Part shown: in pieces, positions 19,945-29,144 of the stretch
How the letters are laid out: every line of letters starts with the position of its first letter
Numbering within the stretch: position 1 is the first letter of the stretch
NCBI GenBank assembly: GCA_963700285.1
Contig: CAVOXA010000015.1
Location: forward strand, 96,001-160,000
Direction: 5' to 3'
Length of the DNA: 64,000 bases
From: an uncultured Chloroflexia bacterium
Lineage (GTDB): Bacteria > Chloroflexota > Anaerolineae > JAAYZQ01
Program-made: the position numbers and the translations under genes
The notes under the pieces: generated by a model
Database searches by the model: none
Seen by the model: the letters and a program-made list of their open reading frames with translations, nothing else
What the model was told of the DNA's origin: nothing

Positions 19945-20961
19945 ATGGAGCTACCTAGCCCAACCATAGAAGAGTACCGTCGCCTCTATGAGGCGGCCAA
20001 CGCCTTCAAACAGGAAGCCCCCTGGACGTGGATGACCGAAGATCAGCTCTTTGCCATCCGCAACCCCGAGACAGGGCAGATTGGCTACGCCAGTGTCATG
20101 GGCATGCTGGGAGAACATCTGGCCTTGGCCCTATACCTGGGTTCGGTGGCGCTGGACGGTTTCTGGCGCATGCAGTACGGCGCATTCAGAGAAAACCCCA
20201 TTCTGCCCCTGGAGATTCCTCAATTGCAGGCATCCTTTGAGGATCGAAATACCCTGAATCCCAAGGACCGGGAGGTGATCAAGAGCCTGGGACTCAGCTT
20301 CCGTGGAAAACTGGAATGGCCCATGTTCCGTAGCTATGTCCCAGGCTGCGCGCCCTGGTTCGTCACACCGGAGGAAACCCGCTTCCTAACCGTGGCGCTC
20401 GAGCAGGCGTTGAACGTATCTCTCCGGCTCAGGGAGGATCCTGAATTGCTGGAAGCGCCTGACGAGGAGGAGTACCTGGTACGTCTGCAGACAAAGCAGG
20501 GCTGGGCAGATGCATGGTTGCTCCCAGAACCGATCCCAGCACGTCCACCACAATCCGTAGATTCCCAGCGACTGGCAGCCATGCGCCGGGATTTCCCCCG
20601 CCGGAGGTTCACGTTGCAGGCGGACCTGTTCGCCCTACGCAGCCAGATCAAGGAGAAGGAGGATCCCCGACCCTACCTGCCCTACATTCTGCTCGTCGTA
20701 GAAGCTAACTCGGGCATGGTCCTGGGAACCGATCTCATGATTGCCAAGCCATCCCTTGATGCGGTGTGGGCCCAGACGCAGTCAGGCTTCCTGGAGACGG
20801 TCGCCCGCCTGGAGAACATACCCAGCCGGATTGCCGTACGTGACCAACGCCTCTACAATCTCTTGACGCCCATCGCGCGCGGCCTGGGAATCCGGCTACG
20901 TGTGTCCCGGCGCCTGCCTGCCTTGGACGAGGCCCGGGCCGCCATCGAAGTCAGAGTGTAG
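19945..20961 (+). CDS. Conserved-looking hypothetical protein (DUF7309/DUF6930-like)
   Basis: LYEAA.AFK..APW.WM.ED..F.I..P..G..GY.SVMG..GE..AL..Y.G pattern recalled from this uncharacterised family; GAGGAG RBS. Confidence 0.7.
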   Translation: MELPSPTIEEYRRLYEAANAFKQEAPWTWMTEDQLFAIRNPETGQIGYASVMGMLGEHLALALYLGSVALDGFWRMQYGAFRENPILPLEIPQLQASFEDRNTLNPKDREVIKSLGLSFRGKLEWPMFRSYVPGCAPWFVTPEETRFLTVALEQALNVSLRLREDPELLEAPDEEEYLVRLQTKQGWADAWLLPEPIPARPPQSVDSQRLAAMRRDFPRRRFTLQADLFALRSQIKEKEDPRPYLPYILLVVEANSGMVLGTDLMIAKPSLDAVWAQTQSGFLETVARLENIPSRIAVRDQRLYNLLTPIARGLGIRLRVSRRLPALDEARAAIEVRV

Positions 20962-20986
20962 CAGGGGTTTATTCAGAGGATCTACG

Positions 20987-21649
20987 ATGGCCAAGAAATC
21001 GATGAAAAAACGTCTGAAAGCGCGCCAACGCAAGCTTGAACAGCGCAGGCGCAAGCGAGCCCAGGCCCATTCGCGGGAGGCAAGCCCCACTGCTCGGCCG
21101 ACCAGACTCCGCGCCCAACTCCAGGAGGCCGGCCAATGGCCCCTTGAAGACTGTTTGCTGACCCAGGGCTGGCAACAGCCGGGGGAGATCATCCAGATCC
21201 TGATTGCCCGCCGCTCGCCTTGGGGCCAGATTGCTGCAGGAGTGTTTCTGGTGGATCTGGGTTGTTTGGGGGTTAAAAACGCCTTCGCAAGCATGTTCGA
21301 CTCACGCAGCGGATACAGAAAACTGCGCAACCACATACGTCGAGATCAAACCCTGGTCACAGCTGACCCGGATCTGGTGGCCAAGATCGTCCGCGAAGGG
21401 CTGGTCTATGCACGAAGGCTTGGCTTTGAACCAAATCCTGATTACCGGGAGGCAATGTTGGTGCTGGGCGACGCCAATGCCGACGCCTGCGATCTGCCCA
21501 TTCCGCTGGGCAAAGACGGCAAGCCTTTCTTCATCTCTGGGCCTTATGACAACATCCCACTGATCATGTCCAAACTCGAGAAGGCGGTGGGATCTGGAGG
21601 CTTCTACTACATGCTGGGGTTTGAAGAGCAGGATGGAGTATTCGGCTAA
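20987..21649 (+). CDS. Hypothetical protein with a very basic N-terminus
   Basis: MAKKSMKKRLKARQRK; FLVDLGCLGVKNAF and GKDGKPFFISGPYD motifs; co-oriented with short gaps. Confidence 0.7.
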   Translation: MAKKSMKKRLKARQRKLEQRRRKRAQAHSREASPTARPTRLRAQLQEAGQWPLEDCLLTQGWQQPGEIIQILIARRSPWGQIAAGVFLVDLGCLGVKNAFASMFDSRSGYRKLRNHIRRDQTLVTADPDLVAKIVREGLVYARRLGFEPNPDYREAMLVLGDANADACDLPIPLGKDGKPFFISGPYDNIPLIMSKLEKAVGSGGFYYMLGFEEQDGVFG

Positions 21650-21784
21650 ACAGTAGTCCCTCAAAGATCCCGAACACTAGGTCCGCTCAGGAGCAAAGCT
21701 AGGCGATTAGGGTCAGCAAGGCACATCCCCCTCCAAACCTCGAGTTTGAAGAAGGCTTGATCTGCGTTCCAGCCAGGTAGCCTA

Positions 21785-22987
21785 TCAGGGCAACTGCAGT
21801 ACTTCCTCCAGTTGCTCCAGTGCCCAGTCGATCTCCTCCTTGGTAATGACCAGCGGAGGAGCCAAGCGGATTACGTTCCAGTGGGTCTCTTTGCACAGCA
21901 GGCCCCGCTCCATCAGGGCAATGCAGAAGCGCCGCGCCCCGCCAGCCTCTGGATTGAGCACAATGCCGACCCACAGCCCTTTGCCCCGGATCTGCTTGAT
22001 GTGCGGACTCTCGATCTCGCACAGCCTGCCCAACATGTACGATCCCAGTTCGGCCGAGCGCCCGATGAGGTCTTCCTCCACCAGAACCTTGAGCGCCTCT
22101 CGGGCCACGGCGCAGGCCAGAGGATTACCGCCATAGGTTGAACCGTGGTCGCCCGGTTGGAAGACGCACATTACTTCTCTGCTGGCCAGTACAGCCGAAA
22201 CGGGGTACATGCCCCCCGACAGCGCCTTGCCAATGGTGACCATGTCGGCGCGAACGCCTTCGTGATCGGCAGCGAACAGCTTGCCGGTACGGCCCAAACC
22301 GCTCTGGATTTCGTCGGTGACAAGCAGGACCTCGTGCCGGTCGCAGATCTCCCGAACTTGCCGAAGATAGCCCTCCGGCGGAACGACGACACCACCCTCG
22401 CCCTGGATCGGCTCTACCAAGAAAGCCGCGGTGTTGGGGGTGATCGCGGCCTCCAGTGCAGCCGCGTCACCAAAGGGGATCAGTTCAAAGCCCGGGGTGA
22501 AGGGCCCAAAGCCGTCGCGGTACTGTTCTTCCGGCGAAAAGCTGATGATCGTGATGGTCCGCCCGTGAAAGTTGCCGTGACAGGTGAGGATGTGCGCTCG
22601 ATCGTCCTTGACACCCTTGACCTCGTAGCCCCACTTGCGGGCCGCCTTGATGGCCGTCTCGACCGCCTCCGCTCCCGAGTTCATGGGCAGCATCATCTCG
22701 TAGCCGGTCAGCTCGCAGAGTTCCCTGGCCAGGAGCGGCAACTGGTCGTTGCGAAAGGCACGGCTGGTGAGCGTCAGGCGAGCGGCTTGCTCCACCATCG
22801 CCTTGACCAGGCGCGGGTGGCAGTGGCCCTGATTTACAGCCGAGTAGGCGGCCAAGAAATCCAGGTAGCGCTTGCCTTCGACATCTTCGACCCACACCCC
22901 GCTGCCACGGGTCAGCACCACATCCAGGGGCTGGTAGTTTTGCGCGTTGTACTGTTCCTCGATGGCGATGTACTCTCGTGTATCCAT
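21785..22987 (-). CDS. rocD: Ornithine--oxo-acid transaminase
   Basis: [60 protein letters not shown]. Confidence 0.92.
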   Translation of the reverse strand: MDTREYIAIEEQYNAQNYQPLDVVLTRGSGVWVEDVEGKRYLDFLAAYSAVNQGHCHPRLVKAMVEQAARLTLTSRAFRNDQLPLLARELCELTGYEMMLPMNSGAEAVETAIKAARKWGYEVKGVKDDRAHILTCHGNFHGRTITIISFSPEEQYRDGFGPFTPGFELIPFGDAAALEAAITPNTAAFLVEPIQGEGGVVVPPEGYLRQVREICDRHEVLLVTDEIQSGLGRTGKLFAADHEGVRADMVTIGKALSGGMYPVSAVLASREVMCVFQPGDHGSTYGGNPLACAVAREALKVLVEEDLIGRSAELGSYMLGRLCEIESPHIKQIRGKGLWVGIVLNPEAGGARRFCIALMERGLLCKETHWNVIRLAPPLVITKEEIDWALEQLEEVLQLP

Positions 22988-23092
22988 GGCCCGCCCCAAA
23001 CAGCGTTGCGTGAAAGGCAATGCGTGAGGGCAAATTCCACACCTCACGCATTGCCCTCCACATTCAGGATTCGTATCTCAACCGTTGCCGCT

Positions 23093-24425
23093 CTACGACT
23101 CGATGACCTCTACCTTCTCGGTCAGGCCGATGCCCAGCCTGGCCAGTTCAGCCAGCACCGGTTCATAGATCTCGGGGATCACGGGTACGTGTACACCGGT
23201 CAAGTCCCGGGAACTCGCCGTGCAGGATCATTCGGACGGCGATGGCCGCCGGCAGGCCCACGGTGCGCGCCATCGAAGTGTCGCCGTTGGGGATGCCATA
23301 GTCGATCATGGTGGCCGTGATGGCCTCTTTGCGATCCGGATACTCGGCCACGAACTCGTGCTGCATGACGATCAGTCACGCTCGCCCGGCTTGTAGGCCA
23401 GTCTTGGCCTCCATCCGCGCCGCCAGGACGTCGAGACGGGTATTCTTGCCCTCCGGCAGCGGCTCATCGGAGAAGAGGCCCAGCCAGTCCAGGTCGGTGA
23501 TCGGTTTGGAATCGTCGCACATGCCCCACTGCTCGGCCAGGTACTGGGGGAAATCGGTGTCAGGGCTGACATCCAGCAGGCGGGCCGTGAGTTCGCGGAA
23601 GGTCGCCGGTGGCTCAGCAAAAGGGCTATCGTCCAGGAAACCCATCTCGGCAATCTTTTTCAGTGTGGCGCACCAGCCCACGTTGCGCAGCGTGCCCCGG
23701 AACATCCAGTCGGTGGGCTGGATGCCGTAGATCTCCGGCATAGGGCATGCTGTCGCGGTTGGGATAACCCTCAAACTCGCCCAGGCCTTCAATGTACACT
23801 GGCCAGTAGTGGTCGAACAGTTCCTCGCCGGGTATCTCGACGACTTGGCCATTCCTTTGGAAGCGGGCCGGATTCTTGCCCGCCAGCAGCACACCCTCGC
23901 GGGCTCCAGGAGAACTTGTAGCCAAAGGGATTGTCGCTGGCTTCTGGGGCCGGGCAGACCTCCAGTCCAGGACACAAAGCTGACGATCTTGCCGCCCTTG
24001 CCCTCCACTTCGTGGATGACCTTCATGGCCGACATGTGGTCGATGCCGGGATCCACGCCGATCTCGTTCAGCAGGATGACGCCCGCCTCCTTGGCCGGGC
24101 CATCCAGGGCAAGCATCTCATCCTTGACGTAGGAGGTGGTCACCATGTGTTTCCCGTGCTTCACACACAGGGCGGCGACCTTGGGATGGTAGACGTAGGG
24201 CAGCATGCTGACCGCCAGGTCGCTTTGGCGGATCAGGTCTTCCATCGCTGCCTCGTCTGTCACGTCGAGGGCAATGGCCCTACCCCGGGGATGGCCATCG
24301 ATCAGCGCTTCCGCCTTGCTCACCGTGCGGCTGGCCACGGTCACTTCAAAGTCCGGCACGTCCAACAGGTAGCGGACGTGTGGCCTGGTCACCAGGCCGG
24401 CTCCGAGTACGAGAACTTTTTTCAT
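23093..24425 (-). CDS. Saccharopine dehydrogenase (L-glutamate-forming, Lys9/SDH type), split by about 5 frameshifts
   Basis: VLVLGAG, HMVTTSY, NEIGVDPGIDH, NPFGYKFSWSPRG, EGYPNRDS, RGTLR and SMARTVGLP motifs spread over adjacent frames. Confidence 0.85.
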
Positions 24426-24518
24426 TGGTCTAGTCCCTCCACAGTCTCAGATCTGCTCTTTGTCCATTGGCAACACGCAACATGAATCACAAGTACGCAG
24501 TCACTATTGCGCTGTCAG

Positions 24519-25835
24519 CTAGTCCAGAAACTCCTGGATGTACTGGTAGTCCGGCGTCAATTGGCCTCGGTAGGCAATGACCGCCCGCTTGATCTCCGGC
24601 GGCAGGTCGCAGTCCTCAAAGGATGCAGAAAAGTCACATCTGGGCCATGGCCGGGATAAAGGGCGCAAGAACGTGGCTAAAGTCGGCGGATGCTTCGCGG
24701 GGCAGTTCGCTGGGCAGGATCTCCACGGCCATGATGACGACGCCCGGTCCCTCGTGACCGTCAGTCACCGCGCCGGTCAGCGGGTTCGTAGACGTAGATC
24801 GGGTCGCCCGGCTCGGTCGCTTTGACCGTACATTCGATGGCCCCCTCCACGTCACAACTGATGTCGCCGATGACGCGCAGACCGGGGCTTGGCCTCGGCC
24901 GCCAAACAGCGTCTTGAGATAGGCTTTGGTCACCAGGCGCGGATAGGCATCGGTCCAAAAGATGGCGTTGACCAGCACGGTCAGGTGTGGCACGTACTGC
25001 TCAAAGACTCCTCTGTACTTCTCCGGGTGATCATAGTAGTCCTGCAGCTCAAAGACGCCATCCGGCGACGCTGGCTCTACCATGTGCCATTCTTTGAACA
25101 CCGCCTTGTAGAGGTGATGCCGGGAATAGTCGGTACTCGCTGCGACGGTGGCCACTTCCTCTGGCTCGATCTCGATGACGGGCAGCAGATCGAGCATTTC
25201 TTGGGCGCCTCGCGAGACGTTGCCATAGCCAGCCACGCCGACGATGAGTGGCGTGACCTGTTCGGGCAGGCCCTCGGTCTCGATCCTGGCTCGCACCTGC
25301 GCCAGGGCCTGCTTTGGCCTCGGCCAGGTCGTGGTAGGTGTGGGTCTGGCGCAGTTCGACGAAGGGGTTGGCGATGCCTTCCCAGGCCAGTCGCTGGCCC
25401 AATGCCCACAGGGTGTCGATCATGCCCGCCACGCCGGCGTGCCAGCCAAAGAAGATGAGCCGGCGGTTCTTCTCGTCAACCACCCGCTCATAGTCGATCA
25501 ACGTACAGCCCAGGTCGAGCATCCGCCGCAGCATGGGCATGTTGTAGGGCTGTCCCTTGATGACGTGGGCGAAAAAGACATAGGTCTTGTCTGGCTCAAA
25601 GGACCCCTTCGGGATCTCTTTGATGCCAAGGATGATGGGGCAGGAGACAGATCCTCTTGGACGGGGATGCCCGCTTCGGCGAACTCGGCTCGGTAAAGGC
25701 CCGCATGGGTGACGTCTGGGCTATCACCTGAATGCCGTGCTCCCGTTGAAGCTTGACGGCATCCTGGGGGGTAATGGGCACCCGCCGCTCCCATTCACTC
25801 TTGTCTTCGCGACGAAGTCCGATCATTGCGGTCAT
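24519..25835 (-). CDS. Lysine-ketoglutarate reductase (LKR/LOR; AlaDH/PNT-like fold), split by several frameshifts
   Basis: IGLRREDKSEWERRVPITP, LIDYE, FFGWHAGVAGMIDTL, GYGNVSRGAQE, IGDISCD and MAVEILPSELPREAS motifs across frames; GGAGG RBS. Confidence 0.85.
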
Positions 25836-25879
25836 GGTGCTACCCTCCTATACGCGTGTTCATGCTAGTACCGAAGGTC

Positions 25880-26001
25880 AGGGCAGGGGCTTTGGTGAAC
25901 TCTGGTAGAGACCAGAAAAGCCGGTGCCTCAGGCACCGGCCAAAGTCAGCCGCTCGGGGTTTGCGCCCAGAGTTGCACCCGGCCACCTTGCCGATGCCCC
26001 C
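25880..26001 (-). promoter_or_regulatory. Structured 5' leader with an intrinsic terminator and competing antiterminator (candidate attenuator or riboswitch)
   Basis: GCCGGTGCC-TGA-GGCACCGGC-TTTTCT hairpin (25914-25940); the leader 5' end is complementary to the hairpin's 5' arm. Confidence 0.55.
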
Positions 26002-26030
26002 AGTATACGCACAAGGCGATGCTTTGTCAA
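26002..26030 (-). promoter_or_regulatory. Sigma70 promoter of the LKR-SDH-rocD operon
   Basis: TTGACA-17 nt-TATACT. Confidence 0.75.
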
Positions 26031-26117
26031 GTACAGGCACAGATGGTGTGAGCCTGTAGGAGCGTTGTCATCGATTGGCGTGTCCCTGCTGTTCCGCCTT
26101 CAGCGTGCAGGCTCAAT

Positions 26118-26146
26118 TTGACAGGGTTGAGCCGTAGTGCTATAAT
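26118..26146 (+). promoter_or_regulatory. Consensus sigma70 promoter, divergent from the LKR promoter
   Basis: TTGACA-17 nt-TATAAT with an extended -10 TG. Confidence 0.8.
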
Positions 26147-26157
26147 CGCTCTCGATG

Positions 26158-26172
26158 TACCCCTGGGGGGTA
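26158..26172. promoter_or_regulatory. CsoR/RcnR-family operator
   Basis: TACCC-CTGGG-GGGTA, the C-tract/G-tract pseudo-palindrome typical of CsoR sites, just downstream of the -10. Confidence 0.65.
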
Positions 26173-26201
26173 TGAGCGTCTTCTGATCAGGAGGAGATCA
26201 C

Positions 26202-26609
26202 GTGGATAGAAGTGAACAGGAAAGGCTCATTTCCGATTTCGTCGACCGCCGTGTGTGGGCCATAGTGGGCGCCAGCCAAGACCAGCGCAAGTATGGAAAC
26301 CGTGTCTATCGCTCGATGCGCGATGCAGGGTACACGGTCTATCCGGTGAATCCCAGGGGCGGCGAACTGGAAGGAGCCAGAGTCTATCCTTCTCTGGCCG
26401 ACTTGCCCCAAGCGCCGGAAGTAATCGATCTGGTCGTACCCCCATCCGTCACCGAAAAGGTGGTCAAGGAAGCGCACGAACTGGGGCTCACCCGCATTTG
26501 GATGCAGCCAGGCGCCGAATCGGAGACGGCTATAGCGTATTGCCGGGAACATGCAATGGAAGTGATCTATGACGCCTGCGCCATGGTTCACAAACGACAG
26601 TGGAACTAG
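26202..26609 (+). CDS. CoA-binding domain protein (YccU-like)
   Basis: AIVGAS, YPVNP, YPSLADLP and IWMQPGAES motifs; AGGAGG RBS. Confidence 0.9.
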   Translation: MDRSEQERLISDFVDRRVWAIVGASQDQRKYGNRVYRSMRDAGYTVYPVNPRGGELEGARVYPSLADLPQAPEVIDLVVPPSVTEKVVKEAHELGLTRIWMQPGAESETAIAYCREHAMEVIYDACAMVHKRQWN

Positions 26610-26632
26610 ACACTCGGTACGAGGAGAATACC

Positions 26633-26965
26633 ATGGAAGAAAAGACGGTGGCACAAGTCCAGGTAACAGTATTTGGCAACCGGCTCCTGGAGAGCTGCGC
26701 GCCAGGTGGTTGAGGGCCGATCAGGTCTTCGGCGGAGACCACGTACATCACTGAGTACTATTTGCAGATGCGGCATGGACAGGCCGTTCAGGTGGAATAT
26801 GTGGACCTGGCGGATCCAGAAAGCCAGGCAGAATACTCTGATCTGCTTGACCTGGTCAAGGATCAAAGCCTGCCCTATCCCCTGGTTGCCATCAATGGGG
26901 AGCTAAGGCTGGCTGGATCGGCTCACTATTTTCGGGTGCTACCGCTCGTGGAAGAAGCTCCTTGA
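26633..26965 (+). CDS. Putative selenoprotein with a thioredoxin-like fold (YuzD/DUF1462-like); in-frame TGA at 26711-26713
   Basis: GAGGAG RBS, then MEEKTVAQVQVTVFGNRLLESCAPGG*GPIRSS... continuing in frame into VQVEYVDL...LPYPLVAING; SECIS-like hairpin at 26724-26740. Confidence 0.7.
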
Positions 26966-27075
26966 GGTACAGGCCGAGGGGGCCGTGGGGTGATCCCTGG
27001 ATTCCGTGCTTGTCGTTCGCACTGATATGCCGACACTCCTGAGCGACCGTTGTCGCCAAACAGTAGTCTCACTGA

Positions 27076-27113
27076 AGGGGGAGATTGACAAGTCTCCCCC
27101 TTTTTGTTACACT
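27076..27113 (+). terminator. Intrinsic terminator overlapping a sigma70 promoter for the ECF sigma gene
   Basis: AAGGGGGAGA...TCTCCCCC followed by a T-tract; TTGACA (27085) in the loop, 17 nt from TACACT (27108). Confidence 0.6.
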
Positions 27114-27183
27114 CCTACCGTGCCGGGTGCCTGCGACCTGACGAAACCTTTTGACCTACACCGCATCTAAAGGAGAAAGCACC

Positions 27184-27802
27184 GTGTTGGGTGTCGCATT
27201 TGCTAGCGAGGCCGAACTGCTGGAGGGCCTGCGGGCCGGTGAGCCCGCAGCCTACCGGCAGTTGGTGGAATCCAACTCAGCCAACGTCTACAACGTGGCC
27301 CTCAAGCTCCTGGGCGACGAGCAGGAAGCTGAGGATGTGCTGCAAGAGACCTTTTTGAACGCCTTTCGAGGCCATCGACCGTTTTGAGGGCCGGTCTCAG
27401 CTCTCCACCTGGCTGTATCGAATTGCCTACAACGCCAGTCTGATGCGCCTGCGAAAACGGGAGGGAATGACGGCCTTTTCCCTGGACGAGCCTCTGGGGG
27501 ATACTGGCGAGGAGCGAGTCTCGCGCCCTCTGGTAGACTGGTCCACGATGCCGGACGACCAACTGCTATCCACCGAAGCCCGCCAGATGATGGATCAGGC
27601 CATTGCTGAACTGCCGGAGACGCTGCGCTCTACCTTTGTCCTGCGTGACATCCAGGGCCTGTCGGGCGCAGAGACCGCCGAGGTTTTGGGTATCAGCGTC
27701 CAGGCGGTCAAGAACCGGCTGCATCGGGCGCGACTGCGACTTCGCGAGAGGTTGTCAGACTATTTTGCCGAGCGCGTCAAGGGTCTGCGGGCCACAACGT
27801 AG
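27184..27802 (+). CDS. ECF RNA polymerase sigma factor (one frameshift near 27370)
   Basis: AEDVLQETFL region 2; STWLYRIAYN in the shifted frame; LP...RSTFVLRDIQGLS...AEVLG...VKNRLHRAR region 4. Confidence 0.88.
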
Positions 27803-27815
27803 GGAGGAGACATCT

Positions 27816-28061
27816 GTGCCAATTGAACATGACCACACCAGCTGTCGTGAGTTGTTGGGCCAGTTCTCCGACTATATCGACGGCGATCTGGAAGTTGCGC
27901 TGTGCGCCGAGATAGAGGCCCATCTAACCGGATGTCCCGACTGCCAGGTGATGATAGACACCATGCGCAAAACCATTACGTTGTACCATAGCCAAGCCGA
28001 AGCCGAACTGCCGTCCGACGTAGAAGAACGCCTATACAAGGTCCTCAACCTCGAGAAATAG
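27816..28061 (+). CDS. Soluble zinc-finger (zf-HC2/ZAS) anti-sigma factor
   Basis: C.ELL..FSDYIDG.L.....EAHLTGCPDC (HxxxCxxC); GGAGGAG RBS; no TM segment. Confidence 0.88.
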   Translation: MPIEHDHTSCRELLGQFSDYIDGDLEVALCAEIEAHLTGCPDCQVMIDTMRKTITLYHSQAEAELPSDVEERLYKVLNLEK

Positions 28062-28271
28062 CGCCCATCGCCCTACCTGCCTCATCTCACAACAGGCATT
28101 CACTGCGCCACCGAAAGCTCAACAGTAACTGTCCTGGCCATCAGATCAGGGCAACGTTTTGATGGTAGGAATCTGTGTCAATTCCTGAAACTTTTGGCTA
28201 CTTTCTGCATCCAAACAGACAACAAGGGAAAAAAGTCTCCCACTAGTTTTCAAGACACAGGAGGTTAGAAA

Positions 28272-28934
28272 ATGGCATTGATTTCCCCGCAGGATGCTGA
28301 GCACTTGCGAAACGAGTTTGAGGCTCAATTGGTTAACCCGGTAAAGCTGGTCATGTTTACCCAGACCATCGAATGCCAGTTCTGCGCCGAGACGCGCCAG
28401 ATTGCCGAAGAGATTGCCGACTTGTCCGACAATATTACGCTCGAGGTCTACAATTTCGTCACGGACAAGGCCACGGCCGATCTGTACGAGATAGACAAGA
28501 TCCCGGCCATTGCCATTCTCCGTTCAGAGGATGGACAGGACAGAGACTATGGGGTCCGGTTCTATGGCATCCCCTCAGGTTACGAGTTCACTAGCATCAT
28601 TGAGGGTATTGTTGACGTCTCCAAGGGCGAGTCGGGTCTCCAGCCCAGGACCAAAGAGGTTTTGGCCGCGCTGACCCAGCCCGTGCATTTTCAGGTTTTC
28701 ATCACGCCTACCTGCCCCTACTGCACCCAGGCAGTCCGGCTGGCGCACAAGTTTGCCATCGAGAGCGACCTGATCCGGGGGGACATGGTCGAAGCCATCG
28801 AGTTCCCACACCTATCCAACAAGTACGGCGTCTATGGCGTACCACGCACGGTGATCAACGAGACGATCCACCAGGAGGGGGCAGTACCTGAACCGATGAT
28901 CTTGGCCAAGATGCTGGAGGCGGTTCAGAATTAG
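28272..28934 (+). CDS. Protein disulfide oxidoreductase with two thioredoxin units (AhpF N-terminal domain/PDO-like)
   Basis: CQFC and CPYC motifs; RFYGIPSGYEF; GVPRTVIN. Confidence 0.9.
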   Translation: MALISPQDAEHLRNEFEAQLVNPVKLVMFTQTIECQFCAETRQIAEEIADLSDNITLEVYNFVTDKATADLYEIDKIPAIAILRSEDGQDRDYGVRFYGIPSGYEFTSIIEGIVDVSKGESGLQPRTKEVLAALTQPVHFQVFITPTCPYCTQAVRLAHKFAIESDLIRGDMVEAIEFPHLSNKYGVYGVPRTVINETIHQEGAVPEPMILAKMLEAVQN

Positions 28935-28967
28935 CAGTCGCACCGAGGGCCTCGCTGGCAGGTAAGT

Positions 28968-29144
28968 GTGAGCGACACAAAGGTTACCTGGGCAGATGGA
29001 ATGCAGTTCATGGCTGAATCAGCCGGCCATTCTATTGTCGTGGATGGGCCGCCAGGCCTTGGCCGCGATACTGGTATGCCGCCCATGAGCCTTCTTCTTC
29101 AAGGAGCAGCAGGCAGTTCGGCAATGGACCCCGAAGGCACATAG
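28968..29144 (+). pseudogene. Truncated OsmC/YhfA-family gene
   Basis: VSDTKVTWADGMQFMAESAGHSIVVDG...GMPPMSLLLQGAAGSSAMD then stop; Ser occupies the catalytic Cys position. Confidence 0.65.

Noticed and set aside
23093-25835. Many frameshifts in LKR and SDH read as programmed frameshifting or true pseudogenisation
   Set aside because: Single-base indels without accumulated nonsense codons also affect the ECF sigma, Mrp, DUF711, fusA and both transposases; assembly errors are the simplest explanation, pending reads
25880-26001. Identification as 6S, SRP, tRNA, cobalamin, FMN or c-di-GMP RNA
   Set aside because: Diagnostic motifs and lengths do not fit by eye; kept only as an unassigned candidate
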